A stretch of 63,085 nt of DNA, the filler included, from Sphacelaria rigidula (lineage: Eukaryota), in the NCBI GenBank assembly GCA_964200075.2. It is 9 parts of 9 records of this genome, joined end to end, with 100 filler letters (N's around TTAATTAATTAA, not from the genome) between each part and the next. Parts side by side here need not be neighbours in the genome. Positions count along the whole stretch, not along the records: positions 7,023 to 13,943 come from CAXNAA020017392.1; positions 14,044 to 20,964 come from CAXNAA020017393.1; positions 21,065 to 27,985 come from CAXNAA020017394.1; 6 more parts are not named here. One strand, given 5' to 3'. The notes beneath the pieces are model-generated. The model was not told the origin of the DNA. It saw only the letters and a program-made list of their open reading frames with translations, and did not search any database. Made by a program: the position numbers and the translations under genes. This document shows, in pieces, positions 11,569 through 23,656 of this stretch. Positions within the stretch are counted from its first letter, which is position 1. Each line of letters starts with the position of its first letter.

Positions 11569-12008
11569 CACGGGATTTTACAGATTGGGGAGGAATCTTG
11601 TATTGGGGATGATAAACTCGGAGAATTCAAATCTTCCTATCCACACCAAATCTTCGAAATATTGTACTATTTCTTCACCTACCGATAGCTATTGACAACT
11701 GCTGCACGCCATAGGAATTTGGATTTCGATCACCGAAATGATGGGGTCCTAGGTGAAAAAACAATTTCGGGGAATTCCGGATGTTCGAACAGACGCCAAA
11801 ATGGTTCCGAAATTTATTTTCCAACTACGACCCCAATATTTCGGTGATAGACATGCAAACTTCTATGACGTGTAGCAGTTGTCAATAGCTATCAGTTGGT
11901 GAAGAAATGGAACAATATTTCGATGATTTGGTGTGGATACGAATATTTTAATTCTCCGAGGTTATCATCCCCAATAAAAGATACATCCCAAATTTGTCAA
12001 ATCCCGTG
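11569..12008. mobile_element. 440-bp fold-back MITE (CACGGG...CCCGTG termini), copy 1
   Basis: The two halves are imperfect reverse complements over ~190 bp. Same length and sequence family as 53674-54113. Confidence 0.85.
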
Positions 12009-12159
12009 TTGTCTGCCGTTCTCGTGGTAATAATCGATTTTGGAGAGAATTTTGCGGGGGGGGACGGGGGGTCAGCAAACGTGTTTCATTGTAACTCGGT
12101 CACATCCGTCGATCACCAGATTTTGCGAGAATTATGTCGAAACTCATTCCACTTGGTCG

Positions 12160-13620
12160 GGTAGCTCTAAACAAACAAACAGAAAGCATAGAGCTCTACG
12201 AACGTGTTCGTCGAGTACGGCGTTGCCAAGCACGGAGAAGAATGCTCAAGTTTGTGCCGAAAATCCGGGGGCAGGCCAATTTTATCCACTGGTGGTTTCT
12301 TCTTTTTTCGTTTGCTTTTGTTTCGTCTGTGCTTCCCCCTCCCTCCCCCCCCGCCACCGGAACGAGCCTGGCTCTGTCTTCTTGTCTATTGTATTCCTCT
12401 TTTTTACGTTCTATCATTATTTTTTTATTTTCCTTTCTTTCGTGTTTATCTCATCTTTTTCATTTGTTTTCATGTTTCTCTTTTTTGTTTCTGATTACGA
12501 GCTGGAGTGTTGCATTCAGCTGCGTAATGCGCGATCATCATATTTTTTGTCTTTGTTCGTGCTTGTGTTTGTGTTTGTGTTTGTCGTTATTTTGTTGTTA
12601 CTGCTGTTGTTGTTTGTTCCTGTTGTTGTTGTTGGTGGTGGTGGTGGTGGTGGTGGTGGTGGTGGTGTTTTTTGTTGTTATCGCTGCCCCCTTTCTTTCC
12701 TTTCTGAGGCCGTTGCTTCTGTCGTTTTTCTGTTCCTTTCTTCCTTTTTTTGTATTATTTATTATTCTGTTCTGTTTTTGCTGCTCCTGACCACGGACTG
12801 GATTGTTGCAATCAGCTAATGTGAGATAATCAATCAATCAATCAATCGATCCCCGAATTGACTCTTTTCCTTCTCTGGTGCCGGAAAGTGATGCACTGTG
12901 GTGCATTGTGATGCATTGTGATGGGTGAAGGTTTGTACCAAAGGAAACTATCTAAAACGTCCTACCTCTCGGTGTTCCCTTTTTGTAATCATTGTCGATT
13001 TCTGGTGATTAGGGGTCATCACTTAACGTGCGCCATAGTACCTTAATCTTGACTCATGAAAATCAAATTCTGGAAGAGTACTGTCAAAACGTATGTCGAT
13101 GGGTTAATAAAGGAGGGAAAAAAAAGGTTTTCGTCGAGTACGGCGTTGCCAAACACAGACATAATGGCCAAATTTGTCCCGAAAACTAGGTGATAGGCCA
13201 TTTTCATCCCCGCATTATTATTTTTGTTTCAAAGCGGACCGCACTAGTCTCGTACAGTTATCTCAAAGGAGAAGGTCTGAAACGTCCCAGGTGTTCCATT
13301 TCCGTAGTCATTATCGATTTCTAGGGAAAAAGGAGTGATTAGGGGGTACCACTCAACGTGCGTGATAGAACCCCGTAATCAATACCGATGAATACCAAAC
13401 TTTGGGAGATTACTTCCAAAATTTATTTCAATGGGTTGAAAAAGAGAAAAAAAGGAAATAATAGTTGCCATCGAGTACGGCGTTGCCAAACACCGACTGA
13501 ATGGCGAAATTTGTTTCGAAAAACAGGGGATGGGGAATTTTCACCCCCGCATTATTTGTTTCTCTCTCTATTCTTCAAACGGACCGCACTAACATTTGTA
13601 CCAACGGAGAAAGTCTGAGA
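12160..13620 (+). repeat. Degenerate tandem repeat unit (core CGAGTACGGCGTTGCCAA at ~12212, ~13135, ~13472), first unit interrupted by a T-rich (CAAT)n-tailed insertion
   Basis: Three copies of the core with similar flanks (AATTTGT..CGAAAA, CCCCGCATTAT, CGGACCGCACTA). T-rich low-complexity block at ~12290-12846 ends in CAATCAATCAATCAATC. Confidence 0.65.
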
Positions 13621-15225
13621 CGGCTAAGGTCGCGAGAAATCATCTGCTGCGTAAAGATTACCGTAATTGAAACAGGGGGCGTTTTGGCCTCATTTTTTAC
13701 GGCGATAGAGCCATACCTCACATCTACTCCTGCATCTTGATTTGATTATTTTTCAAGTTTGAAAAGCCTGGGTGATGGAAGCTCAAGTTGTCTCTCTCTG
13801 GATATTCTGGGAATTGTTCCAGGTGTCGTGGTTCCCACGAATCGGAGTTTTTCCCGTCAGGTGCCTCAAGCGTACCTATATGTCCTCCGTTCCCCGTCCT
13901 CCGACGAAGGCCATGACCGGTCTTGTCGGTACGGCGTGGGGAGNNNNNNNNNNNNNNNNNNNNNNNNNNNNNNNNNNNNNNNNNNNNTTAATTAATTAAN
14001 NNNNNNNNNNNNNNNNNNNNNNNNNNNNNNNNNNNNNNNNNNNTTCAACAAGCCTATCGGTAGTATCGTGAGTGACTAGGTTGGCGAGATATGATTTGTA
14101 CCCCATAAGGACCTTTACTTATGGCACAGAGGAAGTATATACACTTGTTGACGAGAGATTACGCGTTGCAATCATGCTTTCAGGTGTGAGAAGTGGCTTT
14201 AAAGAGATGCTTTTGGAAAAATTCCCATGGGGGGGACACCGGGCGGGCGAGAGAGGGGATGTCTCACTGGAAACGCAAGCCGTGGACCTTCGACCGTTGA
14301 CGTTGGGAAGGGAAGGCGGGGCTGCTCATGTTGCGCGTGCCTCACGTGGCATGCTTTGGAGCAAGTCCTCATGATGTAGTTGGTTTAGTCCCGTGAAGAT
14401 CCTGATCTATCCATGTACGCCCGAGATGGTGAATAAGCCTTGCACAAACCCGCCTGAGATCTTCATATTTCGGTTTTTACTTGGCTTAAAGCTGCCGCTC
14501 CACGTTGTTTATTGAGAATTTCTCATGTTCTTACCGTCGTCAACCGTATCTGTTTGCTCTTCATATTCCCTCGTGGCCCCGTGCCCGTGTTGTTTGTGCT
14601 ATGTCTTGTGACCGGGGTCGGATGCTTCGGGGGGGACGAGCAGATCGAGGTATGATCGGGAGGAAGGGGTGAGCGAGAGCAAGCTCGCCAAGCGGAGACC
14701 GGGGCGGCTTCACAAATGGATTGGAGACACGTGTCTACTGGCTGGGTCTCCGAAGGTAATCTATCCATGAAGAGTCAGAACATAGAGGGGAGGGTGAAGG
14801 GCCTGGACACAAGAAGTCAAGATGAAGAGTCGGGAAAAGTGGGATGGAAATATTGTACCTCGTGGTTTGGCTGAGGATTTGTTGAGCTCTTCCAGCAGAG
14901 CCTTTTGTTTGTTTGGAGGTACCACGGTCTTCAGTATAATAGGTGGTCTTGAGAAGTACGGTTGTGTCTGGCTCCCGAGCATGCTTCATGAATCGGTAGG
15001 TATGATCAATTTCCATGGTGTAGTACCGATTACACCCGTGCTGTACACAGGGCAAGCCAGTGCTAGAGCTGGACGGACAGAGTGGAATTCGGTCCCGTCG
15101 TACGCCCCTTTCCCTCATTTATCAAATCCCTTCTTCGAGACAGGAAGTCGCAATATAGCATTTTTCAGAAAGATCGACTCTTTGTCGCGAATACCCCCCA
15201 TGTGTCACCCGTCTGTAACGGAGAT

Positions 15226-16417
15226 AAGAAAAATCCGGTAGAGTTCAAATGGAAGTAGGGAGAAGAGGAACTGCCGATTGTAGACCAGTATACATACCTC
15301 GGTGTACAGAGGGCAAGGGACTGTTGTTGGGATGCACACATGGATGGAATAATAGAAAAGGGTAAGGCACAGAGAGGAAGGATGGACGTGATCCTTAGAG
15401 ACCCGCACCTAGACACTAGGATCAAGATAAGAATCCTGATGAACGTGATCGTACCAACGCTGGAATATGCAGAAGTATGGGAGGCGAACGTGAAGTTGGT
15501 GGAAAAGTTACAAACAGTACAGATGGCGGCAGCTAAGGAGCATACTTGGATGCCCGAAAACGACGAGTTATACAGTATTGAGAGCAGAGTCGGGAATCTA
15601 CTCATTTAAAACGGGGACATGAGGAAATTGCGGTAGAAACCCAGCTCGAAGAACATGCAGAAAAGTGGACTGCCAGCTATTGTTGATAGGGTTCTATGGA
15701 AGAAAATTACGAAAGGGAAGGCTGGAATAAGGTGGGATAAATAAGTCGAGAAAGTATGGAAGGAGATAGGAGGAAACCAAGACGAGATAAAGTCCATAGG
15801 TGAAGGCGCGGGTTACAAGGCAAGAGTAAGGGACATGAGAAAAATAAGAGAAAAAAGAGCGCTCAGACGCAAAGTAAACGAAGAGCACTTGGAGATATAC
15901 AGGGGGTTGAGAGAGGGGATTGGGATGAAAACATATCTACATGGCCAAGTGGACGCTGCGAAAAGTCTGAAACAGTGATTTCGGGTGGGGGACATTGACC
16001 TGCCAGGAGGGAGAAAAAGATGTACCAGTCGTCGGAAGGAAGAGGAAGCAGATGCATAGAACTGCCTCTGTGGCAAGGAATAGAGAGCATAAGTCATGTA
16101 GTGGCAGACTGTGAACGGGACGTACTAGAGGGGGACATGCGGGACGTGAACGAAGGTGACATGAAATCGTTTGATGCATTGGACAGTAGCGAGAGAACGA
16201 TGGCTATACTGGGAGATAGATGGTGGCCACAGACGACGAAACAGGACGGGGATAAGATATGTGAACAGTTTTTGTGTAATGTATGGAAGAAACGTTATTA
16301 GCGCCGGAATGTTGGAGGTGTCTCTATCAGGAGTAGGAACGTTACTCCGTCTCGAAAGGGATACGTGGTCAATGGTCAGATGACTAAGGCGAGCAACAAA
16401 AGAGTACCCACCCCCCG
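15226..16417 (+). mobile_element. LINE ORF2 3' portion (RT C-terminus, CCHC knuckle, 3' end with C tail), degenerate
   Basis: ELPIVDQYTYLGV, IRILMNVIVPTLEYAEVW, C-x-C...SHVVADC, ILGDRWWP, then the conserved terminal motif and CCCCCC. Purine-rich sense strand; stops and frameshifts. Confidence 0.88.
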
Positions 16418-19400
16418 CTACAAGCCTATGTTGGAGGCATTATGTAGTGTCGGTGAGCCAGCAAAAGAAGTGGAAGGCACCAGACCCCCAACAAGTACTA
16501 GAATTGGGATATCCCAGTACCTTGACTACATCCGACCACCATGCCAAAAACGAGCAAGCTGGAGATTCTTTCGAAGGAGATCGAGAGAGAGAGAGAGACA
16601 GAGACGGTAAGGAAGGGCGGATGGAGAAGTAAAGAGTGGACGGGTGAAGTTCTAGTAGTGTTGGTATTCGGAGTCCGTAGCGATATGGCGAGAAGAGAGT
16701 TTAAAAGGAAATGCAATGAAGTTGGACTATACTGTTTGACAAGAGGAAAAGTAGAAAGGGCGGGAGAAAACTTCCGAGTCACGCTAGGACAGGGCGCGAG
16801 CAAGGAGTTGGAATGGATACAGACAAGTAATGTGCCGGCATGGGTTAGAAGGGTAGGATGGAGAGTATGCGTAGGTCATGGAACAGCAATCCTAAGGCGT
16901 AGTCCACGAGTGAACGGAGGGAAACAGAAGCAGGAACAAGTATGTGCCCGCATGGGGAAGGGGAGGGGACATAGCGGCCCGAAGCAAAGAGATGAACACC
17001 AAACCGGAAACGGGCGAAAAATCATGCAAGAAAAAATGTAGTCTCTGGACAGTGGAAACAATATTAGTCCATTGCTTCAGCAATAGACTCGAGGAAGAAT
17101 CTATCGATGTTTGTTGTCGAACACGATAGATGGTGAAACACATCTATTGATATGTATTGCAAGGGACAATGAATATTGCAGCAGTCGATCGATAGCCTAT
17201 GGCAATTACAATAGATAAAATCACTCGCCATCGATGGGCATCGTGTACCGCAATAGATTATGGGATGTTTATATAGATAGCCATTGCCGTGATCAAAAGG
17301 TTTGGTGAGCCATCCATCGATAGTCATTGCCGTTATCAAAAGATTTGGTGAGCTATCCATCGATAGTAATTGCCGTCATCAATAGATTAGGTGAGCGATC
17401 TATCAATGCCAATTACCATCATCAAAAGATTTGGTGAGCCGTCTATCGGTAGCCTCTGCCGCCAACAAGAAATTTTGGGGTATCTACCAATGTATCAATG
17501 TGGTCATTGCTGTCAACAATCGATTCTTCTCGGGGGTACCTATCGACAGCCAGTGACGCCAACGATAGGTTTTGAAAAATATATTGCTCACTGCAGTGGT
17601 CTTTGACATCAACGGTAATACCCCTCACACATGAACACGCAACTACCTGGCGCGATAGCTGGCCATAGAGTCTGTAGAGTAAGGTGGAAGCATACCCCGA
17701 AAAATGTGCATACATAGCGCTAGTGGTCGACGCCATCCAGCTACCTTTGTGTTCAGCAAAAGATATTGGTGGCCGCGATCCAGACTGCAGTGTGATCAGC
17801 GATATGCATTGGTGGCCGCGATTCAGATGATGTTGTGAGCCTGAATAGACATTGGTGGGCGCAATTTAGATCCCATTGTGACCAACAAATGTATTGGTGG
17901 CGGCGTGGAAGATACTATTGTGATCAGCAATAGACATTATTGGCCGCATTTCAGAGCCTATTGCAACAAATTTAATATATCGATAGACAACTTGGCTCCT
18001 CCATTGTCACGGCAATGATACGTTCTGTGCCTTGTCCCGAATCTATCGTGGCCTACTATAGCTATCGATAGACGTGGATGCCAGTCGATTATGACTGACA
18101 TTGAACATTGACAGTCAATTTTTCGGGGCTATTGCAGCGCCAATGTTCTATTACATAGGCCATTGTCCAGAGTATGAGCACATCTCACTCGTACACAAAA
18201 GTACTGTATGCGCTCGGGTCCATCAGAGGGGCGATCGTAAGTACCAACACCACACCAACAACATAACTTGTGACGTTTTGTCCACACATACTGCGCATTC
18301 CTACAAAATACATGCGTTCCAAAGTTGTAGAAACGTAATGCCATATATTTGCAAGTAGTATCACCATACACCTACTGCATGTCCACCTGCAGTTTCTTTG
18401 CCGTATTTTAATGGAGTATTATATGCTCTATACGCCGTATGTTTCGATATAGGTGTGGAAATAGACGCCAGAGAACACCCATCGGTAAACATTCTGTACC
18501 ACAGTAGATTATGATATATATATATATATATCGATATTTATTGCCATGCATATATTTTGTACGCAATTTTTCAATAGCCGTCGCCGTTGTCAATATATTT
18601 GGTATACGATCTGTCAATAGCCGTCGTCGTCATCAAAATATTTGGCACGCGGTCTATCGATAGCCATTGCCGTCATCAACAGATTTGAAAAACTATCGAT
18701 CGTTACAGTCGGTCGGCCGCAATACATTTCGGTGTTGGGCCACAACAGACTGCTGCCCGGACAAGAGTGTGGAAAACTGATTTACCAACAGGCACTGCTG
18801 ACGACAAAGGAAGGAAACACTTGCCGATCGATGGCCATGATGGACGACAATATTGGCATCTACAGCAAATGACATTGCTATTTCAATAGTTAATAGATGC
18901 CGTCCGTTGTCTAGGATGTGCAAAATATAAATGGTGACGTAGAAGAAAACAGTACACAAAACGAGAGTGGACAACGATTCGGAAAGGAAGTTGAGAATGG
19001 AATCGTGCAACGTGTGTGGATTCGCCACAGACGAGTGCAAAATAAAATAGAGATCGCCCAATAAGTAATCCCGACCTCGATATAGTGGGAACGAAAGAGT
19101 CATGGGAGAAAGAGGGGGCGGAAATAAGATGCAACGTTGGAGAGCACCCATGGATAGGGGAAAAGCGGAAGGGACAGAAGTCCAAGAGCAAGGGAGCGGA
19201 GAGATTAGAACAAGGAATGCCTGTGTGACGTTGTAGGAGTGGTCGAAGACACGAAATTCGATGACAGCATATGGATACGGGTACTATGAGAACGAGGAAC
19301 GAAGAACTTCTTCGTAGGGAACATCTATATGCCCCCAGAATCGTAGGTTGAACGGCATACAGCGGAGGTTTGGAGAGTAAATGTACACAAGTACAAAAGG

Positions 19401-20140
19401 CAAGGAGAAGTAATCTTTGTGGGACATGTTAATGCAAGGGTAGGAAAAGCAGGTCAACCGGATGATATCATTGATCAAGACGGGGAAGACAAGACGAACT
19501 CGAATGGGGTAGAGATGCTCAAGTTCCTTGAGCATAACGAGATGAAGACGCTGAACGATAGAGCACGAAAGCCAGAGGTGCGATGGACATTGACGAGGGA
19601 ATGCAAAGGAAAGAGAGAACGCTCCGTTCTTGACTATGTAATGGTGGAGCATGAAAGCAGCAAATAAATGGAAGTACACGCGCAGGGGACGTGAGAACTA
19701 CAGATCACTGCTTCATATGGACAGAAAGCCAACAGACGAATGCTGACAGAAGTAGGCGGGTTAGGAAGTTGCACAAACGGAGAATCGATACACTAGATAT
19801 GGAAGGAAAGCAGCAAGAGCTCCAAGAGGAGATGGCCCAAAATGCAGTAAAAGTTTCCGAGCTGTTGGAAAGCATAGGTACAAGTGATACCGAAATGGAA
19901 AGAAATTGGGCAAGAGCGAAGGTTGTAAAAGGATGGAAGCAGTTGGTGAAGAACACAGCGAGTAAAGTCATGGGGAAGAAACTGATCGTATGAACAGAGC
20001 AGTAAAGCGGTGGGATGGGGAAGTAAAAGATGCTATAAGAGTAAGGAGAGCGGCCCACGCAAGATGCATATCGAGTAAAACTACGGCAGGATAGAAGGAG
20101 TACACTAAAGCTCGAAAGGAAGTAAAAAATATGGTACAGG
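16418..20140 (+). mobile_element. LINE 5' portion (ORF1-like segment + APE endonuclease), degenerate, interrupted by a ~1.9-kb insertion
   Basis: APE motifs in order from ~18985: LRMESCNVCG, DIVGTKESW, GNIYMPPES, GHVNARVG, NSNGVEMLKF, SVLDYVMV, TTDH. The basic purine-rich ORF at 16541-17041 precedes it. Confidence 0.75.
17040..18935. repeat. ATCGAT-rich insertion with ~45-bp degenerate tandem units
   Basis: Units like CCATCGATAGTCATTGCCGTTATCAAAAGATTTGGTGAG repeat at 17270-17460 and again at 18560-18710. A second unit (CATTGGTGGCCGCGAT) occurs at 17760-17950. Composition changes sharply against the flanking LINE. Confidence 0.65.
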
Positions 20141-21064
20141 CTGGGCCGCCTAAGACGCGGACAGGGATGTGAACACGCGATTTAACAGCTGAGTTTTAGG
20201 TTGTTTTGTATGAAATATTGACATGATGTACAGGATGTATGTGCCAATACGCCACTTTTACCCTCATGAATATATATATATATATATATATATTTTTTTT
20301 ATGTTATTCACGATTTGTTCCGAAACAAACTGTTCTGAAATGTTTGGTCGCTGATAACTCACGGAGGAAAGAAACAAATGTAGGAGAGAAAAAGTGGCGT
20401 CTTCGCACATACATCATGTATATCGTGTCAAAATTTCATTGAATAAGACCTGAAACTTAGCTGTTGAATCGCGTGTTCGTGTCCAAGACTGGTTCCTACG
20501 TGGAGATGGACCAGCCAGGAAAAAATAAAACGCGGTTATGCTGTCGAATTTTAAGTATTTTTTCACGAAATTTCGACACGATGCGCATGAGGTATGTTTT
20601 GAAGTCCCTATTGTCCCCCCTTAACACCTTTTCTTTTTTTCAATAAGTTGTCGACGCTTTTGCACCAGAAAAAAACTGTTCCGAAATCTAGATCACCAAT
20701 AACATACAAGGAAAAAGAAAAAGAAAGAGGGGGCAAACAGTAGGGGCTCCACATATACCCCCATGTATACCGTGTCCAATTTTCATGGAAAAAAACTTCA
20801 AATTGAGCAGTGAAATCGCGTTTTTCTGACTACAATATCCTACAGAACGATATCCTCAGCCGGAGCTTTGACGTTTTCTACAAGCCCGACCCCTTGGCGC
20901 GCTGGAGGTTTCGTCTGCGTGCCATCTCAGACACTGCGCGCCTACAGTACGATATGCCTTGTTGNNNNNNNNNNNNNNNNNNNNNNNNNNNNNNNNNNNN
21001 NNNNNNNNTTAATTAATTAANNNNNNNNNNNNNNNNNNNNNNNNNNNNNNNNNNNNNNNNNNNN

Positions 21065-21135
21065 AAGAACATCTGGAGATATACGGGTGGTTGAGAGAGG
21101 GGATAGAGATGAAAGCATATTTGCATGGCCCAATC
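21065..21135 (+). mobile_element. Short internal fragment of the same LINE family
   Basis: GGAGATATACGGGTGGTTGAGAGAGGGGATAGAGATGAAAGCATATTTGCATGGCC matches ~15890-15946. Confidence 0.75.
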
Positions 21136-21308
21136 GAGCAGAGCTGGCTTGTGCCCTCATGTGTCCTGAACCGGCACAGGGTACACTTACTCGTCTCTAG
21201 TTCCCTGCGCGTCGCATATTTCTCTCCATTTTTACAACTTGTGTTGGCAACTGGATATACCTCTTCATGTCCGCTCTGAGAGTGACCAATTCGCGCACCA
21301 TGATTGAT

Positions 21309-21465
21309 TCACACCTTGGACAACATAGTTCAATAGCTGCATTAGACAAGAAACGTACTACATCAAGTATAGGCCTATTGCGACTTGTCAGCCGGCAATA
21401 GTTGCACTAGGCCTATACTTTATGCAGTACACTTCTCGTCTACTAATTCTTTTGACCATACATTG
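21309..21465. mobile_element. Degenerate copy of the ~170-bp hairpin MITE seen at 25664-25837
   Basis: Shared AAGTATAGGCCTATTGC ... TAGGCCTATACTTTATGCAGTAC core and CACC.TGGACAA start. Confidence 0.7.
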
Positions 21466-22189
21466 TGCGGATTGATTGATTGATTGATTGGATTTCTACG
21501 GCAACGCACGAGCACGAAAAAAACGAGCGGCGCTCATCCACTTCGCGAAGCGATCACCAAAAACAACTACCGCACAGCACAGTACACCTGGCAATGGACA
21601 CAAGGTGGAAACATTTCGGGGCAGGTCTACAAGAGTAACCAAGCGCCCCGAGACATCACACCGTGGGATGATATTGGATAGTCCGTTGAAGCACAAGGGA
21701 ACGTGAAATTATAATAACCAGTGGGAACCGAGAAATCACTCAACTCACACGCACACGCACACGCACACGAAAAAAGCGACGCAACCTCCTTTCAAAAGCA
21801 TGGATCCCACCCAGATTCCACTGTTCAATTTGTGCTCCGCGTGCTTCTCGTTTTCAAAAATGATGAACAAAACAGATATCGGAAGAGGGTACCTTCTCGG
21901 TTGACAGACAAGAGGGGGAACGAGAGAGAGAGAGACCGAACGCGCCTTCGAAAACAGGAGACACCTTTCGAAGTTGCTGATTTGGTAAAATACTACCATA
22001 TATGACACAGCTGCCGATAAGCAGAAGCCATAATACGAGCAAAAGCAATTTCAGGTTTCATTGCGGCATGCCGACTCAAGGATCCCAGCAGTTTTAGATA
22101 TTCGAGTGACCCGACCACGACAGATCAACATCAACGACGACGGGGGTCACAGAAAAGCGAAAAAAAGCGAAAAAAACAAACACACCCAC

Positions 22190-22306
22190 CTTGCGACATA
22201 CGTATAGCTGTCGGAACGTCGACACATCAAAGACCTTGACGCAAGAGTGACTCCCCGCCGCAATTTTTGTGCCGTCCGTGCTGAACCGCACGCAGCACAC
22301 CACGCT
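22190..22306 (-). CDS. Internal exon of a WD40 protein, Tup1-like first WD repeat
   Basis: tttgtag|AGC...AAG|gtgggt, 117 bp, phase 0-0, reads SVVCCVRFSTDGTKIAAGSHSCVKVFDVSTFRQLYVCRK. SVVCCVxFSxDG is characteristic of Tup1-family corepressors. Confidence 0.8.
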
Positions 22307-23065
22307 CTACAAACCAAAACCCGAACCCCGAGTCCCACCCGCCACAGCACCATTCACAGCACGCAGAGACGAACGCACGAGAAATAAGGGGGAAAAACGG
22401 CGCGGCGCGGCGCGGCGCGGCGCGGTGGAGGGAAGGCACAGACGAAACAAACTGGTTGAGGTTTAATCAGCGCTACTGAAAGTGAATCAGTACCGAAACC
22501 ACAGCCTTTGCTGTGTGCGCCCAGCCTGAGCTCTTATTTGACACTTGACGTAAAAAGAAAAAGGAGAAAATAATCGAACAATACTCGTAGGACGCTACTT
22601 TGAAGAAGCAGTTAGTGCTGTATTTGGTACGTATGATCCGGGGAGCCGCAGTCATCAAGCCCACTTTTTTTTTTTTTTTTCCCTGCGTATTCTTTTTTTT
22701 CGGATTTCAAACCTAATCATTTTTTTGGGTGTTCGAGGTCTTTGTGGTTACCCACATGTGATGNNNNNNNNNNGGCCCCCACTTTAAAGAAGTAGTTAGA
22801 CCTGTATTTAAAAAGAAAGAGCGGGGGAGCCGCAGTCATCAAGCCCTCTTTTTTTTTTTTTTCCCATGCGTATTCTTTTTTGTCGGAATCAACACATCAT
22901 CATTTTTCTCGAGGCTCGATGACATTGCGTTTACCCACATGGCATGTATTGGGGTCTAGGCGCTATAGGAAATATTCGTGGCATCAGATCTAGAGGGCAT
23001 GGGGGGAGGGGGATATCCCTCTTCCGGGAGAAGAAAAATGCCACCTACCGTGGGCGTTATTACGA

Positions 23066-23146
23066 GGGGGGGGGAGGGGGGCGTTATCATTTGTTGCTTG
23101 CCTTAGTCGTTTGACCATCGACCACGCATCCTATTCGAGACGGAGC
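23066..23146 (-). mobile_element. LINE 3'-end fragment with poly(C) tail (G run on + strand)
   Basis: Reverse complement of the terminal motif, preceded on + by GGGGGGGGGAGGGGGGCG. Confidence 0.8.
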
Positions 23147-23565
23147 TCAGGTGGGGGTGATATCCCCCGGATCCATCGAGGGTGATATCTATTGTTTTGG
23201 ACTTTGGTAACCTATCGGCAAAGCCCCGTCACCATGATGTGATGGTCCACAGGAGTGAGCGGAACACAACGAAAGACACCCAATATGTCAATATCATCAC
23301 CACATGCCCCCTCCCCGCCTCATGATTGTTCAAACAGCTCCCGTGAAGAACAAACATCTAGACCTGCACTTCATTGATCCATGACCGCCCTCTCTACCCT
23401 GGTGGGATGACAGTATTTCACCCACTCCCCAAAAACCCTCGCGAGGAGGAGTGTTGTTCACCGTATTACCGGTTGCCGGCGGGCTACGACGCGGAAGCGA
23501 CACGACTAGAAAGGCTACAGGCTTCAGCATACCCGACTAGTCTACGCCCCCCGCCCCCCCCCCGA

Positions 23566-23656
23566 GACGGTGCTCCGTCTCGAAAGAGATGCGTGGCGAA
23601 TGGTCTCATGACTATGGCATGCATAATCATGATTATGAGTACATCCCCCCTCCCCC
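23566..23656 (+). mobile_element. LINE 3'-end fragment, diverged subfamily
   Basis: ACGGTGCTCCGTCTCGAAAGAGATGCGTGGCGAATGGTC...TGAGTACATCCCCCCTCCCCC, also preceded by a C run. Confidence 0.75.

Noticed and set aside
12040..12819. 259-aa and 218-aa hydrophobic membrane-protein ORFs
   Set aside because: They result from T-rich low-complexity sequence and a (GGT)n microsatellite in a repeat tail.
20845..20907. Possible + strand micro-exon (NDILSRSFDVFYKPDPLARW)
   Set aside because: AG/GT borders are plausible, but there is no recognisable homology or partner exon.
6390..22306. Zn2Cys6 factor and Tup1-like gene as a linked fungal-style regulatory cluster
   Set aside because: They lie on different, artificially concatenated contigs.
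22630..22940. Tandem duplication around a 10-N gap
   Set aside because: It straddles an assembly gap and may be uncollapsed allelic or repeat sequence.
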